This document shows, in pieces, positions 1 through 12,222 of a DNA stretch of 64,000 nucleotides. Location of the stretch: NCBI GenBank assembly GCA_964425005.1, contig CAYRKT010000001.1, positions 13,644-77,643 on the forward strand. The letters are read 5' to 3'. This DNA is from an uncultured Synergistia bacterium. GTDB lineage: Bacteria; Synergistota; Synergistia; CAYRKT01. The notes beneath the pieces are model-generated. The model was not told where the DNA came from and made no database searches. It saw only the letters and a list, made by a program, of their open reading frames with translations. The position numbers and the translations under genes are program-made. The number at the start of each line of letters is the position of its first letter. Within the stretch, counting starts at the first letter, position 1.

Positions 1-479
1 CCCTTGCCCTGGTGCTGTTGCTGCTTTTAGCCAGATACCCAGTAAGAGCCCTCAGGGAGAGCCTGAGCGAGGCCTCCATCGAGCACAGGGTTGTGCTGGA
101 CGAGTACAGGAGATTGAAGGGGCAGATGGAATCCAACCTGGAGGCTTTGGCTCGTTACAGGGGGGTGATGGAGGAGCTCAGCAAGGTGGGGCTCCTCCTC
201 GTGGAGGACAAGATATCCTTCCTGCAGGCCGTGCAAGAGGTCGCCTCCAAGTACAAGCTCAGGAACGTCAGCGTCACTCCGTCCCAGGACAGGCCTGACC
301 TGATGGAGGTCGACGTGACCTTCGAGGGGGATTACTACAATTGCCTGAGGGCGCTGGGTGAGTGGACCTCGGCTAAGTACCTGTTCGTGGTCAAAAGCGC
401 TTCCCTCAGGGCCATGGGGGACGCATCTCCTGGCTACGTCTCATGTCAGGTGAGGTTGTTCTCCTCCCTGAGGCGCTGA
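1..479 (+). CDS. Type IV pilus assembly protein PilO-like, N-terminus beyond the window
   Basis: Frame is open to the window start. Hydrophobic N-terminus then a coiled-coil-like region. Lies directly upstream of a PilP-like gene and a secretin. Confidence 0.4.
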   Translation, partial: LALVLLLLLARYPVRALRESLSEASIEHRVVLDEYRRLKGQMESNLEALARYRGVMEELSKVGLLLVEDKISFLQAVQEVASKYKLRNVSVTPSQDRPDLMEVDVTFEGDYYNCLRALGEWTSAKYLFVVKSASLRAMGDASPGYVSCQVRLFSSLRR

Positions 480-501
480 GCGGATCGCGAGGTGGATCTC
501 T

Positions 502-1059
502 TTGAGCTTCTGGGAAGAGCTTTTTAAGTCGAAGGAGTTGGCCTGGAGGGCTATCAGGGTGGCCCTTTTGGCGGCTTTCCTCCTTTTGCTTTGGGATCTC
601 TTCTCCCTCAGCTGGTCGATGAAGCGGCTTTTGGACTTCGCCAGCGAGGAGGGCAAGGCCGTCCTGAAACCTCCGGTCTCGTCGCTCGTGATCCCTCAGG
701 ACCTGCCCAAGAACATGGCGATGCTCAGGGACTATCTGGGAGCCACGGAGGCCGCGAGCTCCTACGTGTTCGCTGCCAGCAGGCGCTACCCCATAGACCA
801 GAGGGCACCCAGAGGCGCGACGATCCCCGTGGAGAGCTCAGCGCAGCTTCCAACCCCTGAGGAGCCACCCCCTAACGTGGAGGTCAAAGCGGTGTTCGTG
901 TTAGGGGGTAAGAAGGGGGTCCTGCTGAGCCTCGATGGGGCGGAGGCGATCGTCGCGAAGGAGGGAGACGCGTTGCCCAACGGCTTGAAGGTCCTGAGGA
1001 TAGAGGAGAAATCGATTCAGCTCCTCTGGAAGGGCAGGAGGATCAGGGTGGAGATGTGA
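502..1059 (+). CDS. Pilus assembly protein PilP-like
   Basis: N-terminal membrane anchor and a C-terminal beta-rich domain. Positioned between the PilO-like gene and the secretin. The call rests on synteny. Confidence 0.35.
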   Translation: MSFWEELFKSKELAWRAIRVALLAAFLLLLWDLFSLSWSMKRLLDFASEEGKAVLKPPVSSLVIPQDLPKNMAMLRDYLGATEAASSYVFAASRRYPIDQRAPRGATIPVESSAQLPTPEEPPPNVEVKAVFVLGGKKGVLLSLDGAEAIVAKEGDALPNGLKVLRIEEKSIQLLWKGRRIRVEM

Positions 1060-1074
1060 GGGGGTGGTGTCCCT

Positions 1075-3024
1075 TTGCTTAGAGGTCCCTTGTGGATGTC
1101 GTCGCTTGCGGCGTTAGGCTTGCTCGTGTGGGCCATCCCTTGCCTCTCCGCCGACGTTCCCCCTTCGTCCCTTCTGAGGAAGATATACGCGATGGACTCC
1201 TCCATAGCGCCCGGCAAAGGGAACAGGATAGTGATGGACGGCAAGGCCCTTCCTAACCCGGAGGTAAAGGTGGAGGGCTCGAGTTTGCTCTTGGTCCTGA
1301 AAGGGGTTAGGCCAGCGCCAGGCCTCAGCGTACCGACCTTTCCGGCGCTAGAGCATGGCTGGCTGGAGGAGCTGCCCGAGGGGCTCTCCTTGAACCTCTA
1401 CCTGAGAGGAACCATCGAGAGGAAAGCCATTAGGAGGAACCCTGAAGGCAGCAGAGTGGTGGTCGACTTCGTTCTGGGCAAGGAGGCAGCGGCAGCGCAG
1501 AGCGGCGCACCCGGCGCTCGCGCTTCGGTTCGGCCGGGACCTCGAGGCCTCTTGAGGTCTGTGTCCGTCCTCCCTCGAGATAAGGACGTCCTCCTGGTCC
1601 TGGAGGGCAGCGAGCTTCCCAGGCCTGATGTCAGGAGGGTGGAGGGTGGAACTGCGTGGGAGATCAACCTTAGAGGGACCTCCTCCTGGGGAGGACCGTG
1701 GAGCCAGAACCTGAGCGCGGCAGGACTAGAGGTCTACCTCTGGAAGGAGGACAGAGCCGATTCGGTAGCCCTCAACGTCTCCCAAGCCGAGAGGACTCGC
1801 TTGGAGCTTCTCTCTAACAGCAAGACGAAGGTGGTCCTGAGGCTGAGCAGATCTGCGGGTGGGGCAGATCCCTCCGGACCGATAGATCCGGCCTATCTCA
1901 CAGTTCCCGTCACGTTCGACTTCAGGGGGGTGGACCTGAGGGACGCGTTCAGGCTCATGGGCAAGGTTATGAACCTGGACGTGATCTGCGATCCAAGCGT
2001 GCAGGGAAGCGTGACCTTCTCGGTCCAGGGGGCACCCTTCAATCAGGTCTTCGCGATGCTCATGAGGATGTTCGACCTGAGCTACAGGGTCCTGGGGAGA
2101 ACCCTCTACGTGGCCGACAGGACTCGGATAGGCAAGGTCCTGGAGGGGGAGGAGAGGAGGGCCTACAGGGTCGACTACGCGGACCTGGAGAAAGTGGCCT
2201 CCATCCTCAAGGAGGAGCTGGAGCTACCCAGGGTTCAGGTGGACTCCAGGCTCAACACCATCTGGGTGAGCGCGTCACCCTCGAAACACGTCGAGGTGGC
2301 CAAGTTGCTCGGGGAGCTGGACAAACCGGCCAGACAGGTTATGCTGAGGGCGGAGATCCTCGAGCTCTCCGAGAGCGGCGCCAGAGAGCTCGCCAGCGCC
2401 ATAGAGGCCATATACGACTACTGGTGGAGCTTCTCCTTCAAGGGAGCGGATGGCACCACCTCGGTGGTCTACGACAAGTATCCCGGGGGTCAAATAGAGC
2501 TTCCCAGCGTCAGGAACAAGCTGAGGGTGGCCATAGACGCGGTGGTCAAGGAGGGGAAGGGGAAAGTTCTGGCCAAGCCGAGCGTGATAGCCCTGGACGG
2601 GGAGAAGGCGCTGGTGAACTTGACCCAGAACGTGAAGTACATATCGGCCAGGGACGAGGCCGGGAACCCCACCTACTCGGAGGAAAAGGTGGGGCCTAGG
2701 CTGGAGTTCACGCCCAGGATAGGAAGGGATGGATTCGTTACCCTCTCGGTCAAGGTCTCCACCGGAGACATAGTGGGGTATCTAACCGGCGCCCAGAGGG
2801 AGCAGATCCCTCTGACCACCGAGCGGAGCGCCGAGACGAAGGTCAGGGTCATGGACGGACAGCCCCTGGTGATAGGAGGGCTCTCCAGGGAGTTCACCAA
2901 CGTCTCCTCCTACAAGGTCCCCCTCTTGGGGGACATACCCTTTATAGGCACGCTGTTCAGGGGGCAGTTCAAGACCGCCGAGAGGAACGAGGTCGTGATA
3001 GTCCTGGTGCCTTTCATAATCTGA
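1075..3024 (+). CDS. pilQ: Type IV pilus / type II secretion secretin (PilQ/GspD family)
   Basis: Signal peptide. The C-terminal region (VLAKPSVIALDGEKA...GDIPFIGTLF...VIVLVPFII) matches the conserved secretin domain. Confidence 0.85.
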   Translation: MLRGPLWMSSLAALGLLVWAIPCLSADVPPSSLLRKIYAMDSSIAPGKGNRIVMDGKALPNPEVKVEGSSLLLVLKGVRPAPGLSVPTFPALEHGWLEELPEGLSLNLYLRGTIERKAIRRNPEGSRVVVDFVLGKEAAAAQSGAPGARASVRPGPRGLLRSVSVLPRDKDVLLVLEGSELPRPDVRRVEGGTAWEINLRGTSSWGGPWSQNLSAAGLEVYLWKEDRADSVALNVSQAERTRLELLSNSKTKVVLRLSRSAGGADPSGPIDPAYLTVPVTFDFRGVDLRDAFRLMGKVMNLDVICDPSVQGSVTFSVQGAPFNQVFAMLMRMFDLSYRVLGRTLYVADRTRIGKVLEGEERRAYRVDYADLEKVASILKEELELPRVQVDSRLNTIWVSASPSKHVEVAKLLGELDKPARQVMLRAEILELSESGARELASAIEAIYDYWWSFSFKGADGTTSVVYDKYPGGQIELPSVRNKLRVAIDAVVKEGKGKVLAKPSVIALDGEKALVNLTQNVKYISARDEAGNPTYSEEKVGPRLEFTPRIGRDGFVTLSVKVSTGDIVGYLTGAQREQIPLTTERSAETKVRVMDGQPLVIGGLSREFTNVSSYKVPLLGDIPFIGTLFRGQFKTAERNEVVIVLVPFII

Positions 3025-3041
3025 GGTGGGGGTGTGTTTCG

Positions 3042-3794
3042 GTGAGGATAACTCTCGTATTGCTCCTCTCTTTTTTGTTGGGCGCCGCTACGGCGTTCGG
3101 GGCCGAGATAAGGTTTTCTCCAGACGTGTTGCCGAACGCCTCGGTGGGATCACTTTACTCCCAGACTATCGAGATAAGCTGTTCGGCTGATATGGAGGAG
3201 CCCGTGGAGATGGAGTTGCTCCTGCCACTACCACCCCAGCTCAGGCACACTGAGGTTCGACTCGGTAGCGACGGTCGAAGCGGCTACTTCAGGATTTACG
3301 GCTTGCCCACGCTTTCGGGCAGCTTCATCCTGCCGATCAAGGTCTCGGACAGCGGTGACGTCAACTTCGGGGTCAAGGAGTACAGGTTGTTGGTCCAGAG
3401 CGGACCTAACGCCCTCAGACTCGAGCCCAACTCCCTGCCCAGGGGAGAGGTGGGCAAGACCTACAGGGTCGACTTCTTGGCCTCGGGAGGCGTCCCTCCT
3501 TACGAGTTCTACCTCAAGGGCGAAGCGGTGGGAGAGCACAGCTACCTTTCTTCCGACGGCAGATGGAGCTTTTCCTTTACGCCTAAGGAGGCGGGGTACG
3601 AACGCCTCGAGGTGGAGGTCACCGATTCGTCCGGTCAGAGGCTCTCTAGGTATTACGACTTGAAGGTGGAGGGAGCGGACCTGGTGGGCGGAGGGGGCTG
3701 TTCTTCGATGGATGGGGGGCATCTTTTTATCCTGCTGGCGATGGCGATCGTCCTTTGGAGGGGGCGCTCTGACGGCTGTGGCCCCTTGTCCTAG
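3042..3794 (+). CDS. Secreted repeat-domain protein with a Gly-rich/Cys plus TM plus basic C-terminal sorting-signal-like tail
   Basis: Signal peptide (LLLSFLLGAATAFGA). Two Ig-like repeats with the motif LP.GEVG..Y...ASGG.PPY.F. The C-terminus is GGGGCSS followed by a hydrophobic helix and WRGR. Immediately downstream of pilQ. Confidence 0.6.
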   Translation: MRITLVLLLSFLLGAATAFGAEIRFSPDVLPNASVGSLYSQTIEISCSADMEEPVEMELLLPLPPQLRHTEVRLGSDGRSGYFRIYGLPTLSGSFILPIKVSDSGDVNFGVKEYRLLVQSGPNALRLEPNSLPRGEVGKTYRVDFLASGGVPPYEFYLKGEAVGEHSYLSSDGRWSFSFTPKEAGYERLEVEVTDSSGQRLSRYYDLKVEGADLVGGGGCSSMDGGHLFILLAMAIVLWRGRSDGCGPLS

Positions 3795-3878
3795 GCGCAT
3801 CGGCCCGTTTAATATATTGAGAAAGCTCTCGTCTGGAGCTTCTTCCCACATCAGGCTGACGGGAGGGGGTATACAGAA

Positions 3879-4448
3879 GTGGCTGTAGTGGACACCAGTG
3901 ATTTCTACGTGGGGATGTTCATAGAGTGGGAGGGTCAGATCTGGGAGATAGTCGAGTGCCAGCATCACAAGATGGGCAGGGGAGGGGCCATAGTTAGGAC
4001 CAAGCTGAGGAACTTCGAGAGCGGCGCCATAGTGGACCAGAGCTTCAGGTCCGGCGAGCGCTTCGAGAGGATAGTCTTCAACGAGAAGCCAGCCCAGTTC
4101 CTGTACAAGGAGGGGGACTCCTACGTCTTCATGGACTTGGAGAGCTATGACCAGGTCTACGTCCACGAGTCGCTGGTGGGGGACAAGAGGTACTACCTCA
4201 AGGAGCCCCTCGAGGTCAAGCTCCTCGAGCACGGCGGCAGGATCATGAGCATAGAGCTGCCCAACACCGTGGAGCTGGAGGTGGTGGACGCACCGCCCGC
4301 CTACAAGGGCGACACGGTCTCGGGAGGGGGTAAGCCGGTGACGCTGGAGACGGGGCTGGTCCTCCAGGTGCCGATGTTCGTCGAGGTTGGCGACAAGGTC
4401 CTGGTGGACACCAGGAACGGCAAGTACTTGGGCAGGACGGGCGGGTAG
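3879..4448 (+). CDS. efp: Elongation factor P
   Basis: Full-length match to the EF-P family (KPAQFLYKEGDSYVFMD...GDKVLVDTRNGKYLGR). Confidence 0.95.
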   Translation: MAVVDTSDFYVGMFIEWEGQIWEIVECQHHKMGRGGAIVRTKLRNFESGAIVDQSFRSGERFERIVFNEKPAQFLYKEGDSYVFMDLESYDQVYVHESLVGDKRYYLKEPLEVKLLEHGGRIMSIELPNTVELEVVDAPPAYKGDTVSGGGKPVTLETGLVLQVPMFVEVGDKVLVDTRNGKYLGRTGG

Positions 4449-4451
4449 GAG

Positions 4452-4985
4452 GTGAGCTGTGCCATGGCAGACGAGGAGAGGATGGACGGAGAAGTCGTGG
4501 AGGAGAGCGGTTTCGCCGAAGGAGGGCAGACCGAAAGCTCTGCGCTGAGCTCCGGCCCCGAGGCGCCCTCTCAGGTGAAGGGCAGCGTGAAGATAGCGGA
4601 CGAGGTCATAGGGACCATCGCGGGCGAGATACTCAGGACCTTCAAGGGGGTCAGGGGAACCAACGTAGGCCTAATAGGGGGGTTGAAGTTCGGCAAAAGA
4701 CCCTTCGCCGAGGGCGTCAGGGTCGAGGTGGAGGAAGGGGGATCCCCGAGCGTCAAGGTCGACCTCTTCGTCAACGTCAAGTACGGGCTCAGGATACCCG
4801 ATGTGGCCTGGGAGCTCCAGGAGAGCGTGAAGAAGGGGCTGGAGGAGCTCACGGGCTACAGGGTCTCCGAGGTGAACGTGTTCGTGCAGGGCTTGTTCTT
4901 CAAAGAAGAGGAGTTGAAACCATCCACGGCCTACGAGGCAAGGGAGAGCGGAGGTGAACCGCCCAGGAGCGATTCAGATGCTTGA
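4452..4985 (+). CDS. Asp23/Gls24-family (alkaline shock) protein
   Basis: Asp23 family core (VKIADEVIGTIAGEILRTFKGV...). An acidic N-terminal extension is present. Confidence 0.8.
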   Translation: MSCAMADEERMDGEVVEESGFAEGGQTESSALSSGPEAPSQVKGSVKIADEVIGTIAGEILRTFKGVRGTNVGLIGGLKFGKRPFAEGVRVEVEEGGSPSVKVDLFVNVKYGLRIPDVAWELQESVKKGLEELTGYRVSEVNVFVQGLFFKEEELKPSTAYEARESGGEPPRSDSDA

Positions 4986-5475
4986 GTTCTTCTCCTGGTT
5001 CAGCTTGCTGGTGAGGTCCATCAAGTCGGGGGGAACCTATCTCCCGCTCGGCAGGAGTCCGGTGGGTGGCGTTTACGTGTGTTTTAACTCCCTCAGGGAT
5101 TTGATCAAGAGGGAGAGCCGGAGGATGGGCTTTTCGCCCAGGGCTGTGTGCTTCGTAGGGGATGGTGGCGTCCTCCACCTGTATCTTTCCGGAGAGGGAG
5201 ATGAGCACAAGAGGGAGGCGTTGGAGCGGCGTCTGCGCGAGGTGCTGGTGAACCTCGTCGGACTGGCCGAGGTTCGCTTCGCTTTCCTCTCCGATAGGGC
5301 TGTGATCCAAAGGTGGGACGAGACTTCCGTGTGGAGGTATTCCCTCGTGGGGGTCTGCGTGGGTTCCCTTCTGACCGGCGTGGTCCTCGGAGGGCTTTTC
5401 GGTCTGCTGGTGGGCTCAGCGCTTTCGGCCGCTGGGGGGATAGGGGGAGCGTGGCTCTGGACGAGGAGGAGTTGA
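4978..5475 (+). CDS. Hypothetical membrane protein, possibly Asp23-associated
   Basis: An N-terminal TM segment and a long Gly-rich C-terminal TM segment. Sits between the Asp23 gene and nusB. The start was chosen at the internal Met to limit overlap. Confidence 0.4.
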   Translation: MLEFFSWFSLLVRSIKSGGTYLPLGRSPVGGVYVCFNSLRDLIKRESRRMGFSPRAVCFVGDGGVLHLYLSGEGDEHKREALERRLREVLVNLVGLAEVRFAFLSDRAVIQRWDETSVWRYSLVGVCVGSLLTGVVLGGLFGLLVGSALSAAGGIGGAWLWTRRS

Positions 5476-5491
5476 GCTTTCCCTCGGGGCT

Positions 5492-5905
5492 ATGAAGAAG
5501 GGCAAGAGGTGGGCAAGGGAGAGGGCGTTGCAGGCGCTCTTCGCTTCGGACGTCAATCCCGATCTCGATCCCCTCGAGGTGTTGGAGGATCTCATCGAAG
5601 AGGAAGAGGCCCATAGCGCGGAGGACGGTGCATACGCGAGGGAGATCGTCCGGGGCGTGGCGGAGAACGCCGAGGAGATAGACAGGGTCATAGCGGAGCA
5701 CATGACCGGTTGGCGACTGGAGAGGATAGCTGGAGTGGAGCGAAACGTGATGAGGATAGCGGTGTGGGAGGGGCTGATCTCGCGCCGCGTGCCTGTGCCG
5801 GTGGCGGTGGACGAAGCCGTCGAGATAGCTAAGAAGTACGGGGCAGAGGAGTCCGGAAGGTTCGTAAACGGAGTCTTGGGCAGGGTGTTTCGCGGCGTAA
5901 GTTGA
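5492..5905 (+). CDS. nusB: Transcription antitermination factor NusB
   Basis: NusB family (RERALQALF...RLERIAGVERNVMRIAVWE...). Confidence 0.9.
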   Translation: MKKGKRWARERALQALFASDVNPDLDPLEVLEDLIEEEEAHSAEDGAYAREIVRGVAENAEEIDRVIAEHMTGWRLERIAGVERNVMRIAVWEGLISRRVPVPVAVDEAVEIAKKYGAEESGRFVNGVLGRVFRGVS

Positions 5906-5941
5906 GCCCAATGCCGTCCGAGTAAAAGGAGCAGAAGGACC

Positions 5942-6973
5942 TTGGTGCTTCCGAAAGAACTGGAGGGCGCTTACCACATAGTGTGGTTGGGGGAAGCCCT
6001 CAGGTTGCTGGATCAGCGCCTGTTGCCCTACGAGGAGCGTTACTTGGTGTGCTGCGACGACGAAGAGGTGGCCAGGGCGATAAGGGAGATGGCGGTGAGA
6101 GGGGCACCGGCCATAGGGATCGCCGCCGCCTACGGCTTCGCTCTGGGGGTGGCCAGGGGTAGGGACTGGCGCGAGGTCTCTCGAAGCCTGAGGGGAAGCA
6201 GGCCCACGGCGGTCAACCTCTTCTGGGCTTTGGACAGGATGGAGAGGCGGCTAGCGGAAGCTGAGAGGAAGGGAGAGGACGTAAGGGAGGCCCTGGCGTC
6301 CGAGGCCATTTCCATACACCTGGAGGACGTGAGGTCCAACCTTCGCATGGGAGACAACGGCAGTCACCTGGTCCCAGACGGCGGCGTCGTGTTGACCCAC
6401 TGCAACACGGGACATCTGGCCACTGGGGGTTACGGGACGGCCCTGGGCGTATTGAGGTCGGCCAAGCGCAGGGGCAAGAGGTTTCTAGTCCTGGTCGACG
6501 AAACCAGGCCTCTGCTACAGGGGGCTCGTCTGACCGCGTGGGAGCTGGAGAGGGACGGCTTCGAGGTGGTGCTGATCTGCGACAGCGCAGCGGCCTTCGC
6601 CATGAGGAGAGGGATGGTGGAGGCCGTCTTCGTGGGCGCGGACAGGATAGCCTTGAACGGCGATGTGGCCAACAAGATCGGGACCTACGGCCTAGCCATC
6701 GCCGCTAGGGCCAATGGGGTCCCCTTCTACGTGGTGGCCCCCACCTCCACCTTCGACGCGGGGGTCGCTTCCGGCGACCGAATACCCATAGAGGAGCGAG
6801 CGCCCCACGAGGTTCTGACCATCGGCGAAAGGACCTTGCCGCTGGGCGTCTCGGTCTGGAATCCCGCCTTCGACGTGACGCCAGCGGAGCTCGTAACGGC
6901 CATAGTCACGGAGAGGGGGATATTGGAGCGACCGTCCGAGCCCTCTGTGAGGGCGCATCTGGGTCTTCCGTAG
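5942..6973 (+). CDS. mtnA: Methylthioribose-1-phosphate isomerase (eIF-2B alpha/beta/delta family)
   Basis: eIF2B-like MtnA fold ([13 protein letters not shown]..., [16 protein letters not shown]...). Confidence 0.75.
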   Translation: MVLPKELEGAYHIVWLGEALRLLDQRLLPYEERYLVCCDDEEVARAIREMAVRGAPAIGIAAAYGFALGVARGRDWREVSRSLRGSRPTAVNLFWALDRMERRLAEAERKGEDVREALASEAISIHLEDVRSNLRMGDNGSHLVPDGGVVLTHCNTGHLATGGYGTALGVLRSAKRRGKRFLVLVDETRPLLQGARLTAWELERDGFEVVLICDSAAAFAMRRGMVEAVFVGADRIALNGDVANKIGTYGLAIAARANGVPFYVVAPTSTFDAGVASGDRIPIEERAPHEVLTIGERTLPLGVSVWNPAFDVTPAELVTAIVTERGILERPSEPSVRAHLGLP

Positions 6974-6990
6974 GAGGTGTCTCCGAGGCC

Positions 6991-8235
6991 ATGGAGGAGT
7001 ACAGGATCAAGAACCCAGCTCTCGCGGACCAAGGCGAGGCGAAGATCAAATGGGCTTGGCAACACATGCCGGTTCTCAAGTCCATCAGGGATAGGTTCCT
7101 GGAGCAGAGGCCCTTCGAGGGGATCAGGATAGGGGTTTGCCTGCACCTCGAGGCCAAGACCGCATGTCTCCTGCTGACCATGAGGGATCTGGGGGCCGAG
7201 GTGATAGCGGCCGGAAGTAACCCGCTTTCCACCCAGGACGAGGTGGCGGCTGCTCTCGTGGCCGAAGGGATAAGGGTCTACAGCTGGAGAGGGATGACCC
7301 CCGAGGAGTACCACGGCAACCTGGACTGCGTGCTGGCCTGGGATCCTCAGCTCCTGGTGGACGATGGAGCGGACCTGATAGCCCTGCTGCACCAAGAGCG
7401 CAGGGACCTAATACCCCACGTGAAGGGGGCTTGCGAGGAGACCACCACGGGCGTCAACAGGTTGAGGGCGATGGAGAGGTGCGGGGAGCTGAGCATCCCC
7501 GTGGTGGCAGTCAACGACGCTTACTCCAAGCATCTGTTCGACAACAGGTATGGCACAGGCCAATCCACCTGGGATGCCATCTCTAGGGTCACCAACCTGC
7601 TCATCCCTGGAAAGGTGGTGGTGGTGGCAGGCTACGGGTGGTGCGGAAGGGGCATAGCCCAGAAAGCCGCGGCTTTGGGGGCCAGGGTGGTGGTGGTGGA
7701 GGTCGATCCCCACAGGGCTTTGGAGGCCCACATGGATGGGTTCTCGGTGATGAGGATGGCAGAGGCAGCCCGAATGGGCGACATATTCGTCACCTCCACC
7801 GGCTGCACCAAGGTCATCAGGAGAGAGCACTTCGAGGTCATGAAGGACGGGGCCATACTGGCCAACGCTGGCCATTTCAACGTGGAGATATGGATACCCG
7901 ACCTGATCGAGGCGTCTGAGAGATGGGAGGACGTGAGGCCTCAGGTGAGGGCCTATCACCTCAAGAACGGCAGAAAACTTTTCCTCCTGGCCGAGGGGAG
8001 GCTCGTCAACCTCGCGGCTGGGGACGGGCATCCCGTGGAGATAATGGACATGAGCTTCTCCCTCCAGTTGCTCTCGTGCCTCTACGTCAAGGGGACGGAC
8101 CTCTCGCCTGGGGTTCACCCAGTGCCGGAGGACATAGATAAGGAGGTCGCGAGGCTGAGGCTTCAAGCCTCCGGGATAGAGCTGGAGGAGCTCACCCAGG
8201 AACAGAAGGAGTACCTCTCCTCCTGGAGGGAATGA
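6991..8235 (+). CDS. ahcY: Adenosylhomocysteinase
   Basis: SAH hydrolase signature regions and a Rossmann NAD motif ([15 protein letters not shown]). Confidence 0.9.
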   Translation: MEEYRIKNPALADQGEAKIKWAWQHMPVLKSIRDRFLEQRPFEGIRIGVCLHLEAKTACLLLTMRDLGAEVIAAGSNPLSTQDEVAAALVAEGIRVYSWRGMTPEEYHGNLDCVLAWDPQLLVDDGADLIALLHQERRDLIPHVKGACEETTTGVNRLRAMERCGELSIPVVAVNDAYSKHLFDNRYGTGQSTWDAISRVTNLLIPGKVVVVAGYGWCGRGIAQKAAALGARVVVVEVDPHRALEAHMDGFSVMRMAEAARMGDIFVTSTGCTKVIRREHFEVMKDGAILANAGHFNVEIWIPDLIEASERWEDVRPQVRAYHLKNGRKLFLLAEGRLVNLAAGDGHPVEIMDMSFSLQLLSCLYVKGTDLSPGVHPVPEDIDKEVARLRLQASGIELEELTQEQKEYLSSWRE

Positions 8236-8239
8236 CCGC

Positions 8240-9526
8240 ATGGACCTGTTGCTCAAGGACGTGTGGATACCTCTGCCCGGATACGAGCGCTTCGAGAGGG
8301 GCGACCTCCTGATACGTGGAGGGGTTATCTCCAAGGTGGGGGAAGTGGACCTAAGCTCCCTGGGGGGGGACGTCTGGAAGATCTACGGCAGGGGCAAACT
8401 GGCGGTCATACCCGGCTTGGTGAACGCCCACTCCCACGTGGCCATGAGCCTGCTCAGGGGGGTCTCGGAGGAACTGCCCCTGAAGCGCTGGCTCGAGGAG
8501 AGGATATGGCCCCTCGAGGCCAAGCTGGAGGCAGAGGACGTATACTGGGGTAGCCTTCTCTCGATAGCTGAGATGATCTCCGGCGGCGTAACCTGCTTCG
8601 CCGACATGTACTTCTACATGGATCAGGTGGCCTTGGCGGCGAAGGAGTCGGGCGTCAGAGCGAACCTGAGCAGGGGCCTGATAGAGGGGTTCATGGACAC
8701 CAGGCTAGAGGAGGGGTTGAGGCTAATACGAGCGTGGGATGGTCACGACGGTAGGATTCGCGTCTTCCTGGGCCCCCACGCCCCTTACACCTGCTCCCCC
8801 GAATTTCTAAGGAGAATAGCGGAGATCGCCCTGGAGGAGGGGGTCGGAGTCCACGTCCATTGGCTCGAGACCGCGTGGGAGAGGGACTACATCGAAGGCT
8901 CCCTGGGCAAGGACCCCATCTTACTCCTGGGCGAGCTCGGGCTGGACAGGGCTAAGCGGTTGCTCTTGGCCCACGGGGTCTTCCTGCCTCGGGAGAGGCT
9001 TTCGGAGATGGCCAGGGAGAACGTCTTCGTGGTCCACAACCCCTCCAGCAACATGAAGTTGGGCTCGGGCTTTGCGCCGGTGCCGGAGATGATCGAAGCA
9101 GGTGTGAACGTGGCGCTAGGCACGGATGGGCCCGCCAGCAACGACAGGCAGGATTTGTTCTGGGAGATGAGGCTTTGCGCGCTGGTCCACAAGGGCGCGA
9201 AGGGGGATCCCACTGCCGTGAAGGCGAAGGACGTGTTGAAGATGGCGACGGAGGTCGGGAGCAGGGCCCTCGGCTTCGAGGGGATCGGCAGGATAGAGGA
9301 GGGCTTCGAGGCCGACCTGGTGCTGGTGGACCTGGATAGGCCCAACTACGTGGGTTTCGACGAGGAGAACCTGAGCTCCATGCTGGTCTACGCTGGGTCC
9401 TCCTCCGACGTGCTGGCCACCTTCGTACGGGGTGTGCCGCTGTACTATCGGGGCGAGTTCAAGACGATAGATCTGGAACGAGTCAAGTTCGAGGTTCTCA
9501 GGTCCAGGCGAAGGCTTCTAGGGTGA
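8240..9526 (+). CDS. mtaD: 5-methylthioadenosine/S-adenosylhomocysteine deaminase (amidohydrolase family)
   Basis: Amidohydrolase metal-binding motifs (PGLVNAHSHVAMS, HVHWLET, ALGTDGPASN). Confidence 0.8.
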   Translation: MDLLLKDVWIPLPGYERFERGDLLIRGGVISKVGEVDLSSLGGDVWKIYGRGKLAVIPGLVNAHSHVAMSLLRGVSEELPLKRWLEERIWPLEAKLEAEDVYWGSLLSIAEMISGGVTCFADMYFYMDQVALAAKESGVRANLSRGLIEGFMDTRLEEGLRLIRAWDGHDGRIRVFLGPHAPYTCSPEFLRRIAEIALEEGVGVHVHWLETAWERDYIEGSLGKDPILLLGELGLDRAKRLLLAHGVFLPRERLSEMARENVFVVHNPSSNMKLGSGFAPVPEMIEAGVNVALGTDGPASNDRQDLFWEMRLCALVHKGAKGDPTAVKAKDVLKMATEVGSRALGFEGIGRIEEGFEADLVLVDLDRPNYVGFDEENLSSMLVYAGSSSDVLATFVRGVPLYYRGEFKTIDLERVKFEVLRSRRRLLG

Positions 9527-9533
9527 AGGGGGT

Positions 9534-12176
<2,643 letters not shown>

Positions 12177-12222
12177 CGGGAAGGGGTGGCCTGGCATAGG
12201 CAGCAGCAAGAGGATAGCCGCT

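Noticed and set aside
3228-4232. 334-aa minus-strand ORF spanning the repeat-protein gene and efp
   Set aside because: Antisense to two well-supported genes. It has the Arg/Pro/Gly-rich composition typical of GC-driven shadow ORFs.
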